Assembly: GCA_963792415.1 (NCBI GenBank)
Contig: CAWBVY010000007.1
Location: 128,001 to 192,000, forward strand
DNA from: Candidatus Deferrimicrobiaceae bacterium
GTDB taxonomy: Bacteria > Desulfobacterota > Deferrimicrobia > Deferrimicrobiales > Deferrimicrobiaceae
DNA: 64,000 nt
Reading direction: 5' to 3'
Below are positions 38,228 through 49,300 of the stretch, in pieces. The stretch's first letter is position 1, and every line of letters starts with the position of its first letter. A model generated the notes under the pieces. It was not told the DNA's origin. It saw only the letters and a program-made list of their open reading frames with translations, and did not search any database. A program made the position numbers and the translations under genes.

Positions 38228-38698
38228 ATGGGAACGATCGTGCACACGTCGCGGATCTCGATCGTGCGGGAGAAGGGGCCGACCCGGATCGCGCGGATCG
38301 AGGGATTTCCGGAGCCCGTGTATTACGGGGTTCATGGGGGGATCAAGAATTTCTACAAGGTCGAGCCCGAGAAGGAGCACGCGGCCACGCTCGATCACAT
38401 CGTGGGCGCGGTCTCGGCCTGAATGATGGGGACACTGGCCACGGTGCTGGCCGGCAGAAAGGTTCCTACCTTCGGCGATCGTTTCCGCGCGGACGTGGAA
38501 GGGGACATCGAGGATGTGGACGGAGTGCTCAGGATCACGCGGATCCGCGTGCGGTACACCCTGAAGGCGCCCGCCGGGAAAACGGCGGACGCCCGCGAGG
38601 CGATGGGTACGTATATCACCCGGTGCCCGGGAGCGATGAGCGTTCGCGGGTGCATCGCCATCGAGGACACGCTGGACGTCTCCGAACTCGCGGAATAG
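38228..38698 (+). CDS. OsmC-like protein with probable selenocysteine (TGA 38420-38422)
   Basis: RBS AAGGAG. In-frame TLDHIVGAVSA-U-MMGT occupies the first OsmC Cys position; second Cys in RCPG; hairpin follows the UGA. Confidence 0.82.
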
Positions 38699-38707
38699 GG
38701 GACGCCC

Positions 38708-39220
38708 GTGCCGATTGCGCACAAGGGGGTCACTCCGCGCCTCCACCCGTCCGTGTTCGTCGCGGAGGGGGCGCGGATCGTCGGGGACGTGGAGATCGGG
38801 GAGGATTCGAGCGTCTGGTTCAACGCGGTAATCCGGGGGGACATCCTTCCGATCCGGATCGGCCGCAGGACGAACGTCCAGGACGGCTGCGTCCTGCACA
38901 CCAGGGACGGGTTCCCTCTCGCGGTGGGGGACGAGGTGACCATCGGCCACGGCGCCACGGCGCACGGGTGCGCGATCGGAGACCAGTGCCTCCTCGGGAT
39001 CGGGTGCATCGTCCTCGACGGATCGGTGATCGGAAGGGGAAGCGTGATCGGCTCCGGCGCCGTGGTCCCGCCGGGGACGATCGTTCCCCCGCATTCGCTC
39101 GTGATGGGAGTGCCGGGGAAGGTGGTGAGGGATCTCGGGGCGGAATCCGCGGAGAGGAACCGGGCGTATTCCGACAGGTACGTCAGGTACGCGGTTTCGT
39201 ACCTTGAAAAGGGGGAGTGA
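38708..39220 (+). CDS. Gamma-carbonic anhydrase family protein (PaaY/YrdA-like)
   Basis: Hexapeptide repeats, IRGD, NVQDG..LH, IGH.A.AHGC. Confidence 0.92.
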   Translation: MPIAHKGVTPRLHPSVFVAEGARIVGDVEIGEDSSVWFNAVIRGDILPIRIGRRTNVQDGCVLHTRDGFPLAVGDEVTIGHGATAHGCAIGDQCLLGIGCIVLDGSVIGRGSVIGSGAVVPPGTIVPPHSLVMGVPGKVVRDLGAESAERNRAYSDRYVRYAVSYLEKGE

Positions 39221-39642
39221 TGGACAGGGTGCAGGAGATCTTTCGCGGCGACCGGCTCATCCAGGACTTCGGGATGATGCTCCTCGAGGGGCGGGAGGGC
39301 TACGCGAAGGTGTCGGTCGTCGTCGAGGACCGGTTCCTGAACGCCCACTCGATCGGCCACGGCGTGCTGCTGTTCGCCGTCGCGGACGCCGCCTTCGCCC
39401 TTTCGGTCAACGCGGCCGTCGACGCGGTCGGAGTGCAGTGGAGCCTGAACGTCTTCCGGGCGGCGAAGCCCGGCGAGACGGTGGTCGGCGAATCCCGCAT
39501 CCTTCACAAGGGGCGCCAGTCGATGGTGTGCGAGCTCACGGTCACCGCCGGCGACGGCCGGGTGCTGGCGAGGGGGCAGTCCACCGCGCTGCCGGTATCG
39601 CGCGAGGCGTTTGCCGGCGGCGGCGGGAGGAAGGGCGGCTGA
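39217..39642 (+). CDS. PaaI-family acyl-CoA thioesterase
   Basis: LNAH.IGHG.LLFAVAD.AF hotdog motif. Confidence 0.88.
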   Translation: MMDRVQEIFRGDRLIQDFGMMLLEGREGYAKVSVVVEDRFLNAHSIGHGVLLFAVADAAFALSVNAAVDAVGVQWSLNVFRAAKPGETVVGESRILHKGRQSMVCELTVTAGDGRVLARGQSTALPVSREAFAGGGGRKGG

Positions 39643-39656
39643 CCACGCCCCGGGCG

Positions 39657-40274
39657 CTAGTCCGGAAGATTCCTTGTGACGGGTGAAGGTGCGAGCGCCT
39701 TGAGCCAGTACGATTCCATCATCCGGGCGAGCCGCGGGAAGGGCGCCTGGATGAGGTCTAGCATCTTGAGGCGGGTGGTCCCGTAGAACGATCCGCGCAG
39801 CATCTGGGCCGTCTCCCGCACGGGGAAGGGGAGATGGAGCGTTCCGTCCGCCTTCCCCCGGGCGAGGATCCGGGAGAAGAGCTTCGTGATCCGCTCGAGC
39901 TTCTCCCGTTGCGGGGACCCGCCGGCGGATTTTTCGACCGCCAGGTGTACCGGAAAGTCGCGGAGCAGGATGAGGTACTGCTCCTCGCGCAGGGAGACGT
40001 AGTCGAAGTGGAACCGGGCGAAGGCCGAGAGCGTTTCCCGTCCCGTCGCCCCCCTCGCGAGAATCCCCTCGATCCCGGCGAGGTACCCTTCCATCGTCTC
40101 GTCGAACAGGGTAAGGAAGATCCCGTCCTTGCTCCCGAAGTGGTGGTAGAGCGTCCCCTCGGCGACCCCGGCCTCGCGCGCGATCTCCGCGGTCGTGGTC
40201 TGGCTGTACCCCCTCGTAGCGAACAGGCGGGATGCGGTCGCGAGGATCGCCCGGCTTCTGGTGGTGTCCGACAT
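39657..40274 (-). CDS. TetR-family regulator
   Basis: LFATRGY..TT.EIAREAGVAEGTLYHHF.SK. Confidence 0.92.
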   Translation of the reverse strand: MSDTTRSRAILATASRLFATRGYSQTTTAEIAREAGVAEGTLYHHFGSKDGIFLTLFDETMEGYLAGIEGILARGATGRETLSAFARFHFDYVSLREEQYLILLRDFPVHLAVEKSAGGSPQREKLERITKLFSRILARGKADGTLHLPFPVRETAQMLRGSFYGTTRLKMLDLIQAPFPRLARMMESYWLKALAPSPVTRNLPD

Positions 40275-40282
40275 GTGCCTCC

Positions 40283-41869
40283 TCAGTGCCCCGAAACCGG
40301 GTCCGTCTGGTGCGCCGGCCTGCGGAGCAGGAACAGGAGCGGCAGGACGCACGCCATCATCACCGACAGGACGTAGAACGCGTCGTTGAATCCCATCATC
40401 GTCGCCTGCCGGACCAGCTCCCCGTAGATCCTCCCGAGCGTGACGTTCCCCGCCATCGCCTCGGGCACGCCGCGGGACGGCAGCAGCGCCTGTCCCTTAG
40501 CGACGGCGGCGCGCAATCCCTCGTCCATCACGGTCAGGTGCTCCACCAATCGGCTCTGGTGCACCTGCGCCCGGTGGGTGAACATGGTGGCCGAGAAGGC
40601 GACGCCGATCGATCCCCCGAGGTTCCGCAGCAGGTTGTAGATCGAGGTGGCGTTCCCCATCTGCGGCTTCGGGATCGAGGAGAGGGTGAGCGTCGTCAAG
40701 GGGATGAAAAGGAGCCCCATCCCGAGCCCGAGGTAGATCCGTGGCAGGAGCAGGGCGTCGAAGTCGGCGCCCAGGGAGAAGTTCGACATCGTCCAGGTGG
40801 AGAGGGCGCACACCGCCACCCCGAGAAAGAGCGGGTACTTCGGGTCGTGCCGCCCGATGAACCTCCCCACGAGCGGCATTGCGATGAGCGTGGCGACTCC
40901 GCCGGGGGAAAGGACGAGCCCGGCGAGCGTCGCCGTGTACCCGAGCAGCAGCTGGGCGTAGAGCGGGAGCAGGACGATGCTGCCGAGCAGGTTGAAGAAG
41001 GCGACGAACATCACGACGTTCCCGGTGGTGAACGAGATGTTCTTGAACGCCCGCAGGTCGACGACCGGGTGCTCCGCGACGAACAGTTCCACGATCACGA
41101 AGAGGAGGAGGGCGAGCGCCGCGACGGCCGACAGGACGAGGATGAAGTCGGATTGGAACCAGTCCTCCCGCTGCCCCTTGTCCACGACGATCTGGAGCGC
41201 CCCTACCCACACGGTGAGGAGCGCGATCCCCCAGACGTCCACTTTCTCGCCCCTGCGGTGCTTCAGGTACGGGGGGTCCTGGATGAACATCGAAACCATG
41301 AAGACGGCGAACAGCCCGATCGGGATGTTGACGTAGAAGATCCACCGCCAGGAGAGGGCGTCCGTGATGTACCCGCCCATCAGCGGGCCGGCGATGGGGC
41401 CGAACATGGCGCCGACGCCGAAGATGGCCATCGCCATCCCGTGCTCCCTCGGCGGGAACGTCTCGAGCAGGATCGCCTGCGACATCGGCTGCAGCGCTCC
41501 GCCCCCGATCCCCTGCAGGACGCGGAAGAAGACGAGCATCCCCAGGCTCGTGGAGGAGCCGCACAGCAGGGAGGCGAAGGTGAACAGGAGGACGGAGAAG
41601 GTGAGGTACCGCTTCCGCCCGAAGGTGCGGGCAAGCCACCCCGTCATCGGGATGATGATGGCGTTGGAGACGAGGTAGGACGTGAGCACCCACGCCGACT
41701 CGTCGATCCCGGACGAAAGGGACCCCCGGATGTGGTCGAGGGCGACGTTCGCGACGCTCACGTCGATGATCTCGATGAGCGTCGGCAGCATCACCGTGAT
41801 CGCGACGATCCACTTGCTCGCGCCGATCGCGCCGACCGCGTTCCCGAACCGCCCCCCCTCCCCGTTCAT
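40283..41869 (-). CDS. DHA2 (EmrB/QacA) MFS efflux permease
   Basis: D.SVANVAL, WVLTSY, RVLQG.GG, WRWIFYVNIPIG; about 14 TM helices. Confidence 0.94.
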   Translation of the reverse strand: MNGEGGRFGNAVGAIGASKWIVAITVMLPTLIEIIDVSVANVALDHIRGSLSSGIDESAWVLTSYLVSNAIIIPMTGWLARTFGRKRYLTFSVLLFTFASLLCGSSTSLGMLVFFRVLQGIGGGALQPMSQAILLETFPPREHGMAMAIFGVGAMFGPIAGPLMGGYITDALSWRWIFYVNIPIGLFAVFMVSMFIQDPPYLKHRRGEKVDVWGIALLTVWVGALQIVVDKGQREDWFQSDFILVLSAVAALALLLFVIVELFVAEHPVVDLRAFKNISFTTGNVVMFVAFFNLLGSIVLLPLYAQLLLGYTATLAGLVLSPGGVATLIAMPLVGRFIGRHDPKYPLFLGVAVCALSTWTMSNFSLGADFDALLLPRIYLGLGMGLLFIPLTTLTLSSIPKPQMGNATSIYNLLRNLGGSIGVAFSATMFTHRAQVHQSRLVEHLTVMDEGLRAAVAKGQALLPSRGVPEAMAGNVTLGRIYGELVRQATMMGFNDAFYVLSVMMACVLPLLFLLRRPAHQTDPVSGH

Positions 41870-41875
41870 CGGCGC

Positions 41876-42988
41876 CTACCGGACGAGGATCGTCGGGACG
41901 ACGGACATTCCGATCCGCAGGATGTGGGCCGGATCCTCCCCTCGCGAAAGGACGATCTTCACCGGGACGCGCTGCACGACCTTCACGTAATTCCCCGAGG
42001 CGTTCTCCGACGGAAAAAGTGCGAAGGCGGAGCCGGTCCCCGCCATGATGCTGTCGACCCTTCCCTTGAATTTCCTTCCCTTGAACGTGTCCACGCGGAC
42101 CTCGACCTCCTGCCCCGGGCGGATCCGCTCGATGTCGGTCTCCTTGTAGTTCGCCACCACCCACACGTTGTCCAGGGCCGCCACGGCCAGGAGCGACTGG
42201 CCGGGGGAAACGACCTGGCCCGCCTCGACGCTTTTCCGGGTGACGTATCCGTCCGCCGGGGAGAGGACCGTGGTGTAGCGGTGGTACAGCTTCGTCTCCG
42301 CGAGGGCGGACTCCCGCTGGCGGAGTTGGGCTTGCTGCTGGGCTACGCGAGCCTCGCGCTGTGCGATCTGCGCCTCCTGGGTGGGGATCGCCGCCTCCGC
42401 GAGGAGCAGTTCCTCCTTCGCCAGGTCGTCCTGCGCCTTCGCGGTTTCCGCGTCCGTCTGCGCCTTTTCGAACGCCTCGCGGCTGACCACCTGCTTCTCG
42501 AAGAGTTGCTTCATGCGGACCGCGTCCCGGGACGCCTGCGAAAGGCGCGCCGCGGAAAAGGCGGTCCTCGCGCGGGCCGCCTTGATCCCGGCCGAAATCT
42601 GCGTGAGCTGCGCCTTGGCCGCCTCCAAGTCCTTGCGCGCGGCGACGAGGTCCGCCGCCCCCCCGGAGACGGCGGAGACCGCGGCGGATTCCCGGACGGC
42701 GAACGGCTCCGGGTCGATCCGGAGGAGGGGATCCCCCGCCCTGACGGGCTGGTTGTCCCTCACCCGAACCTCCGTCACCTTCCCCTGGACGCGGGCGGAG
42801 ACCAAGTGGATCCTCCCGTCGATATAGGCGTCGTCGGTGCTCACGTGGGTCTGGCGGTACTGCCAGTAGGCGAAGCCGGCGATCACCGTAACGGCGAGGA
42901 CGAAGAGAAACAGGCCGATCGCCTTCCGTTTCCGGTTGTTCCGGGGCGGCGGGCTGTCCGCCGGGGGTGTCGGGGGTGCGTCGGCCAT
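41876..42988 (-). CDS. EmrA/HlyD membrane fusion protein
   Basis: STDDAY, ANYKET, ENASGNYVKVVQRVPV. Confidence 0.94.
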   Translation of the reverse strand: MADAPPTPPADSPPPRNNRKRKAIGLFLFVLAVTVIAGFAYWQYRQTHVSTDDAYIDGRIHLVSARVQGKVTEVRVRDNQPVRAGDPLLRIDPEPFAVRESAAVSAVSGGAADLVAARKDLEAAKAQLTQISAGIKAARARTAFSAARLSQASRDAVRMKQLFEKQVVSREAFEKAQTDAETAKAQDDLAKEELLLAEAAIPTQEAQIAQREARVAQQQAQLRQRESALAETKLYHRYTTVLSPADGYVTRKSVEAGQVVSPGQSLLAVAALDNVWVVANYKETDIERIRPGQEVEVRVDTFKGRKFKGRVDSIMAGTGSAFALFPSENASGNYVKVVQRVPVKIVLSRGEDPAHILRIGMSVVPTILVR

Positions 42989-43001
42989 CTTCTCCCCTCC
43001 C

Positions 43002-44312
43002 TTAGCGGCCCATCGCCCGCAGGAGCGAGGCGTGGGACACGGCGAAGTCGAACGCCGTGTTGATGGTGTCGGTTTCGGAGCGGACCATCTGCGCCTGCGC
43101 GTCGGTCATCTCGATGATGTCCCCCGCGCCGACCTCGTATCGGGCCGTGGCGAGGCGGAGATTCTCCTCCGCGGCATCCCGCTGCTTCTTCCTCGCCGAA
43201 AGCCGCTCCTGCGCTTCCTGGACGCTGTACGCGGACACCTGCACCTGGAGCCGGACCTGGCGCTTCGTCTCGATCAATTCGTACTGCGTGGAGGAAATCG
43301 TGGCCAGCGCCTCCTTGGCCTGCTCCCGTGTCTGGAATCCGGAGAAGAGCGGGTAGTTCAGCGTGACGGCGAGCCCGTAGTTCTGCTGGAGGGGGACCTC
43401 CTCCGCCCCGTAGCCGTACCCGGCGGATCCCAGGAGGAACGGGAGGTACCCCGCCTTCGCGAGCCGATGCGATTCGGTCGCGGCCCGCTCCTTCTCGGCC
43501 AGCGCGCGGAGTTCCGGCCGGTTCCGCTCCGCCTCGTCGACCCAGTCCTGGAGGGTGCCGGGAAGCGAAAACTCGGGAAGAGCGCCGGAGAGCCGGAAGT
43601 CCGCGGGGCCGTCGAGGCCGATCCGCTGCAGCAGCGTGACCCGCGCGACCCGGAGCCCGTTCTCCGCCTGGCTCAGCTGGGCCCGCGCGTCGTACAGGTT
43701 CGCCTCGGCCCGGACCACGTCGATCTTCGCCCGGACGCCGGCCTCGTAGAAGGCGGACGCCTGCCGGTAGAGCGCCTCCTGCTGCCGGAGGTTCTCCCGC
43801 TGGAACTCCACCGTCTTTTCCGCCCGCAGGACGTTGTAGAACGCGACCGTCGCCACGAAGGCCACGTCCTCCCGCGTCGTGGCGGCGACCTCGCGACTGA
43901 CCGCGGCGTTCGCGTCGGCGCGGCCGACCGAGGCGCCGGTCCGCCCGAAGTCGTACAGCATCCAGTTGAGGTCTCCCCGGGCGAACTCGCCCGGCGTGGT
44001 GACGCTCTCGTTCGTCGTCGTATTGAGGGTCCGCTGGCGGGTGTAGCCGGCGGACAGATTGACCCAGGGATACCAGGCCGACTGCGCCTGCCCCTTTCTC
44101 GCCACCGCCGCGGCGACGTCCGCGTCGGACTGCAGGATCAGCGGATGGTTCTGCAGGGCCGTCGACGTCACGTCGGCGAGCGTCCACGTCACGCTCCCTT
44201 CGGGGAGGCGGGCGGGCGGGACGGCCGCGTTGTCGGCCGCGCGGGCGGATGCGGCGATCGCGGCCAGGGCCAGGAGTGGTGCGGCGATTCGGATAAAGGC
44301 GCGTGGGGTCAC
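43002..44312 (-). CDS. TolC-family outer membrane protein
   Basis: Signal peptide, LYDFG, PLFSG, ARYEVG; OEP repeats. Confidence 0.92.
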   Translation of the reverse strand: MTPRAFIRIAAPLLALAAIAASARAADNAAVPPARLPEGSVTWTLADVTSTALQNHPLILQSDADVAAAVARKGQAQSAWYPWVNLSAGYTRQRTLNTTTNESVTTPGEFARGDLNWMLYDFGRTGASVGRADANAAVSREVAATTREDVAFVATVAFYNVLRAEKTVEFQRENLRQQEALYRQASAFYEAGVRAKIDVVRAEANLYDARAQLSQAENGLRVARVTLLQRIGLDGPADFRLSGALPEFSLPGTLQDWVDEAERNRPELRALAEKERAATESHRLAKAGYLPFLLGSAGYGYGAEEVPLQQNYGLAVTLNYPLFSGFQTREQAKEALATISSTQYELIETKRQVRLQVQVSAYSVQEAQERLSARKKQRDAAEENLRLATARYEVGAGDIIEMTDAQAQMVRSETDTINTAFDFAVSHASLLRAMGR

Positions 44313-44334
44313 GGCGTCCTCCCGGTGAATGGTG

Positions 44335-44354
44335 CCGAGTGAGTGCTCAGTCGG
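44335..44354. promoter_or_regulatory. TetR-type operator of the tolC-emrAB-tetR operon
   Basis: Near-perfect palindrome CCGAGTGAGTGCTCAGTCGG just downstream of a minus-strand TTGACA-N18-TACGAT promoter (44392-44363). Confidence 0.65.
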
Positions 44355-44420
44355 TATCGCCCATCGTAGGAGGGGTGTCGCGGTCCTGTCAAGGGTCGTG
44401 GCGTTTCGCGATTCGCATCC

Positions 44421-44474
44421 TTGACAACGCGATGCGTCGTTCTATAAATTGACAGGTAATTCATTTTGTGAATT
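44421..44474 (+). promoter_or_regulatory. Sigma70 promoter and operator of the tetR-RND operon
   Basis: TTGACA (44421) and TATAAA (44443); palindrome AATTCA-N5-TGAATT at 44458-44474. Confidence 0.6.
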
Positions 44475-44499
44475 TATCGTTCACGTTCGGAGGCCGGCG

Positions 44500-45123
44500 A
44501 TGGAAGGCAGGGAGCTCCCGAGGCGGGAAAGGGAGAGGCTGGCGCAACGTCAGGAGATGCTCTCCGCCGCGCTCGGGCTTTTCTCGGAGAAGGGCTTCCG
44601 CCACGTTTCCATGCAGGAGATCGCGGAGAAGTCCGAGTTCGCGATCGGTACGCTCTACAAGTTCTTCCGGGGCAAGGAGGACCTCTACAAGGCCCTTATC
44701 AGGGAGCAGGTCGATACGTTCGAGGAGGCGCTCAAGCTCGCGATCGGCGGGCCGGACCAGGAGATTGAGAAACTACGCAATTACGTCAAGACCAAGGGCG
44801 AGCTCTTCCGTTCCAACGTGTCCATGATCCGTCTCTATTTTGCCGAGACCCAGGGAGCGAGCTTCAACATCAAGGCGGGACTCGATTCCGAGCTCCGGGA
44901 ACGGTACGCGAATTTCTTGATAATACTTGCCTCGGTATTTGAGAGCGGGATGAAAAGGAAACGGTTCCGGAAGATCGCCGACCCGCACTCTCTGGCCGTA
45001 GCCCTCGATAGCATCACCAACGCCTTTCTTCTTTTGTGGCTTGAAGAGCCCGGGCGCCATCCTTTCCCGGAAGACCCCGACGATATCTTGAACCTTCTCT
45101 TCAAGGGACTGCTGGAGCCGTGA
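44500..45123 (+). CDS. TetR-family regulator
   Basis: LFSEKGF..SMQEIA.KSEFAIGTLYKFF. Confidence 0.92.
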   Translation: MEGRELPRRERERLAQRQEMLSAALGLFSEKGFRHVSMQEIAEKSEFAIGTLYKFFRGKEDLYKALIREQVDTFEEALKLAIGGPDQEIEKLRNYVKTKGELFRSNVSMIRLYFAETQGASFNIKAGLDSELRERYANFLIILASVFESGMKRKRFRKIADPHSLAVALDSITNAFLLLWLEEPGRHPFPEDPDDILNLLFKGLLEP

Positions 45124-45184
45124 GCCGGACAGGAGGTTTGCCGATGTATCGCAGGAACCTCAATGGGCATTTCGGAGGCCTCGA

Positions 45185-46354
45185 ATGAAACGGAAGGGAA
45201 TCTGTAAAGATCCACTGAAATTCCTCGCGTTGGCAATGGTTCTGTCGGTCGGCCTTTCGTCGGGAGGCTGCGGCGGCCAGAAACAATCCCCGCCGCCTCC
45301 CGGTGTCCCGGAAGTGGCGGTGGTGACGGTCCGCCCGGAACCGGTCGAGCTGATCACGGAATTGCCGGGGCGTACGTCCGCTTACCGCGTCGCGGAGATC
45401 CGGCCACAGGTCAACGGCCTTATCCAGAAACGTCTGTTCAGGGAAGGTTCCGACGTCAATGCCGCCCAGGTGCTCTACCAGATCGATCCGGCCCCCTATC
45501 AATCGGCGCTCACGAACGCCGAGGCCGCCCTTTCCAGGGCGGAAGCCAATCTGCCGGCGATCCGGTCGAGGATGGAACGGTACAAGGACCTGATTTCCGA
45601 CAAGGCGGTCAGCCAGCAGGATTACGACGACGTCGCGGCGGCCGTGAAGCAGGCCGAGGCCGAGGTCGAGTCCTGGAAGGCGGCGGTGGAGACCGCCCGC
45701 ATCAACCTGGCGTATACCCGGGTCACCGCGCCGATATTCGGCCGCATCGGCCGATCCGCCGTGACGGAAGGCGCCCTGGCGACGGCCCACCAGCCCCTGG
45801 CCCTGGCGACCATCCAGCAGCTCGATCCCATCTATGTGGACGTCCCCCAATCCACCGCCGAGCTGCTGCGATTGAAGGTCCGCCTGAAGGCCGGCCATCT
45901 CGATCGGAGCGGAAAGGAACAGAAGAAGGTCCGACTCCTTCTGGAGGACGGCACGACGTATCCGGAGGAAGGGACGCTCGAGTTCCAGGACGTCACGGTG
46001 GACCCGACGACCGGATCCGTCATCCTGCGGGCCGTTTTTCCGAATCCGCAAGGAGTTCTCCTGCCCGGCATGTTCGCGCGGGCGGTGGTGAAGGAAGGCG
46101 TGAACCGGCAGGCCATCCTGATCCCCCAGCAGTCCGTGTCGCGCGATCGGAAGGGGGATCCGTCCGTCCTGATCGTGGATGCCGGTGGGACGGTGCAGCC
46201 CCGGATGATCGAAATCGATCGGGCCATCGGCGACAAATGGCTCGTCTCGTCGGGTCTTTCCGCCGGCGATCGGGTGATCGTGGAGGGACTGCAGAGGGCG
46301 CGCCCCGGCGCTTCCGTGAAGATCGTTCCTTTCGAAGCCGCGAAACCGAAGTAA
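45185..46354 (+). CDS. RND periplasmic adaptor (AcrA/MexA-like lipoprotein)
   Basis: ELPGRT, EIRPQV.G, LYQID, VDPTTGS; Cys after the signal peptide. Confidence 0.94.
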   Translation: MKRKGICKDPLKFLALAMVLSVGLSSGGCGGQKQSPPPPGVPEVAVVTVRPEPVELITELPGRTSAYRVAEIRPQVNGLIQKRLFREGSDVNAAQVLYQIDPAPYQSALTNAEAALSRAEANLPAIRSRMERYKDLISDKAVSQQDYDDVAAAVKQAEAEVESWKAAVETARINLAYTRVTAPIFGRIGRSAVTEGALATAHQPLALATIQQLDPIYVDVPQSTAELLRLKVRLKAGHLDRSGKEQKKVRLLLEDGTTYPEEGTLEFQDVTVDPTTGSVILRAVFPNPQGVLLPGMFARAVVKEGVNRQAILIPQQSVSRDRKGDPSVLIVDAGGTVQPRMIEIDRAIGDKWLVSSGLSAGDRVIVEGLQRARPGASVKIVPFEAAKPK

Positions 46355-46366
46355 CGGAGGAGGCAG

Positions 46367-49300
46367 ATGTTATCGAAATTCTTCCTGGATCGTCCGGTCT
46401 TCGCCTGGGTCATCGCCATCATCATGATGGTCGCGGGCGGGCTGGCGATCTACAATCTGCCGATATCGCAGTATCCCCCCATCGCCCCGCCGTCCATCGC
46501 CATCGACTCCTTCTACCCGGGCGCCTCGGCGGAGACCGTCGAAGACAGCGTGACGCAGATCATCGAGCAGAAGATGACCGGCTTCGACGACATGCTGTAT
46601 CTCTCCGGCACGAGCGATTCGGCCGGCGCCTCCCGCGTCGAATTGACCTTCAAGGCGGGCACCAATCCGGACCTGGCCTGGGCCAAGGTGCAGAACAAGC
46701 TCCAGCTCGCCATGGCCAGCCTCCCGGACGTGGTCCAGCGCTCGGGGGTCATGGTCAGCAAATCGACGAGGAATTACCTGATCATCGTGGGCCTGATCTC
46801 GGAAGACGGCAGCATGGACGGGAACGACCTCCGGGACTATTCCCAGTCGAACCTGGAAAAAGTGATGGCGCGCGTTCCCGGGGTCGGGGAGGTCGTGAAT
46901 TTCGGTTCGCAGTATTCGATGCGCGTCTGGCTGAACCCCGACAGGCTCACCGATTACAAGCTGACCGTGAACGACGTGCTGCAGGCGCTGCGCGCCTACA
47001 ACGTGGAGGTCTCCGCCGGCCAGTTCGGCGGGACGCCGGCGGTGAAAGGCCAGCGCCTGAACGTTTCGATCATCGTCCAGAACCTGCTCAAGACCCCGGA
47101 GGAGTTCGCCGCCATCCCCGTTCGCACCAATCCGGACGGCTCCGTCGTCCGGGTCAGGGACGTGGGACGGACGGAGCTGGGGACCGAGTTCTACGATGTC
47201 CAGGCTTTCTACAACGGCAAACCGGCGGCGGCGATGGCCATCCGTCAGGCGCCCGGCGCCAACGCGCTGGACACCGCCAACGCCGTCAGGAAGAAAATGG
47301 AGGAGATGAGCCGCTACTTCCCGCGGGGGATGAAGGTCGTCTATCCCTACGACACGACGCCTTTCGTCCGGGTGGCCATCAACGAGGTGGTCAAGACCCT
47401 GTTCGAGGCGATCCTCCTGGTCTTCCTGGTCATGTACCTCTTCATGGGAAACATCCGGGCAACGCTGATCCCGACCATCGCCGTCCCGGTGGTCCTCCTG
47501 GGCACCTTCGCCGTGCTGGGCCTGTTCGGGTTTTCCATCAACATGCTGACCATGTTCGCCATGGTGCTGGCCATCGGCCTGTTGGTCGACGACGCGATCG
47601 TGGTGGTGGAGAACGTGGAACGGATCATGAGCGAGGAGGGGCTTTCTCCCCGGGAAGCCACCGCGAAGTCGATGGAGCAGATCACCAGCGCCCTGATCGG
47701 AATCGGGCTCGTGCTCTCGGCCGTCTTCGGCCCGATGGCCTTCTTCGGCGGTTCGACCGGCGTCATTTACCGCCAGTTTTCCGTCACCATCATCGCCTCC
47801 ATGCTCCTGTCGGTGGTGGTGGCGTTGATCCTCACACCGGTCCTGTGCGCCTCGCTCCTGAAGCCGGTCCCCAAGGGACACGAGGCGGCGGAAACCGGAC
47901 TTCCCTTTCTGCGCCCGTTCTTTCGCGGGTTCGACCGCGTCTTTTTCGGGATCCGGGACCGGTACGTGGGAGTGGTCCGGCACTCCCTTTCCAGGAAAGC
48001 GGGCTACCTGGCGGTTTACCTTCTGCTCGTCGGCGTGGTCGGCTTCCTGCTGCTGCGGTTGCCCACCGCCTACCTTCCCGATGAGGATCAGGGGATCCTT
48101 CTCTCCCAGATCCTCATGCCGACCGGCAGCACGCTGGATCAGACGCAGGCGGTCGCGGATGAAGTCCAGCGCCACTTTCAGGAGAACGAAAAAAAGTCGG
48201 TGCAATCCATTCTGACGATTTCCGGCATCGGATTCTCCGGGAGGGCGCAGAACAACGGCATGGTGTTCGCCATGATGAAGGACTGGAAATTGCGCGAGCG
48301 GCCGGGCCTGAAGGCGCAGGCCGTTGCCGGAAGGGTCATGGCGGCTTTTTCGGGGTACCGCAAGGCGATGGTCTTCGCCTTCCCGCCGCCCGCGGTCGTG
48401 GAGCTGGGGAACGCCCGGGGGATCGATTTCCAGTTGATGGATCGCGGGGGGCTCGGTCACGCCGCACTGATGAACGCCCGCAACCAGCTTCTCGGCATGG
48501 CGGCGAAGGACCCGAGGTTGACGAAGGTCCGGCCCAACGGCATGGAGGACGTCCCCGAATACCGTGTCGACGTGGACTGGGAGAAGGCGGGCGCCCTCGG
48601 GGTGCCCATCGCCTCCATTCACGAAACGATCGGGGCGGCCTTCGGCAGTTCCTACGTCAACGACTTCATCCAGGCAGGGCGCGTCAAGCGGGTGTACCTC
48701 CAGGCCGATGCCCCGTACCGCATGCTGCCGAAGGACCTGGAGAAACTCTACGTGCGGAGTGCGGCGGGGACGATGGTGCCCTTCGCCTCGTTCGCATCCA
48801 CCCGCTGGACGACCGGTTCCCCCCGGCTGGAGCGTTTCAACGGGTTCCCGTCGATGAGCATCTGGGGCGAGCCGGCGCCGGGCAGGAGTTCCGGCGAGGC
48901 GATGCGGGCCATGGAAGAGATCACCGCGAAGCTGCCCAAGGGGATCGGCTTCGACTGGAACGGGCTTTCCTACCAGGAGCGGATGACGACGGCCCAGGGG
49001 CCGATCCTTTACGCCTTCTCCATCCTGGTGATCTTCCTTTGCGTGGCGGCCTTGTACGAAAGCTGGACCATCCCCTTCGTCAACCTGCTGATGCTGCCGC
49101 TGGGGGTGTTCGGGGCGGTGCTGGCGACCACTTCGCGGGGATTTCCCAACGATGTCTATTTCCAGATCGGATTCCTGACGACGCTGGGGCTTTCGACGAA
49201 GAACGCCATCCTGATCATCCAGTTCATCAAGGAGCAGCTGCGGCACGGGGCGGAGCTGACCGAGGCCACGCTCGCGGCGGTCAAAATACGTTTCCGCCCG

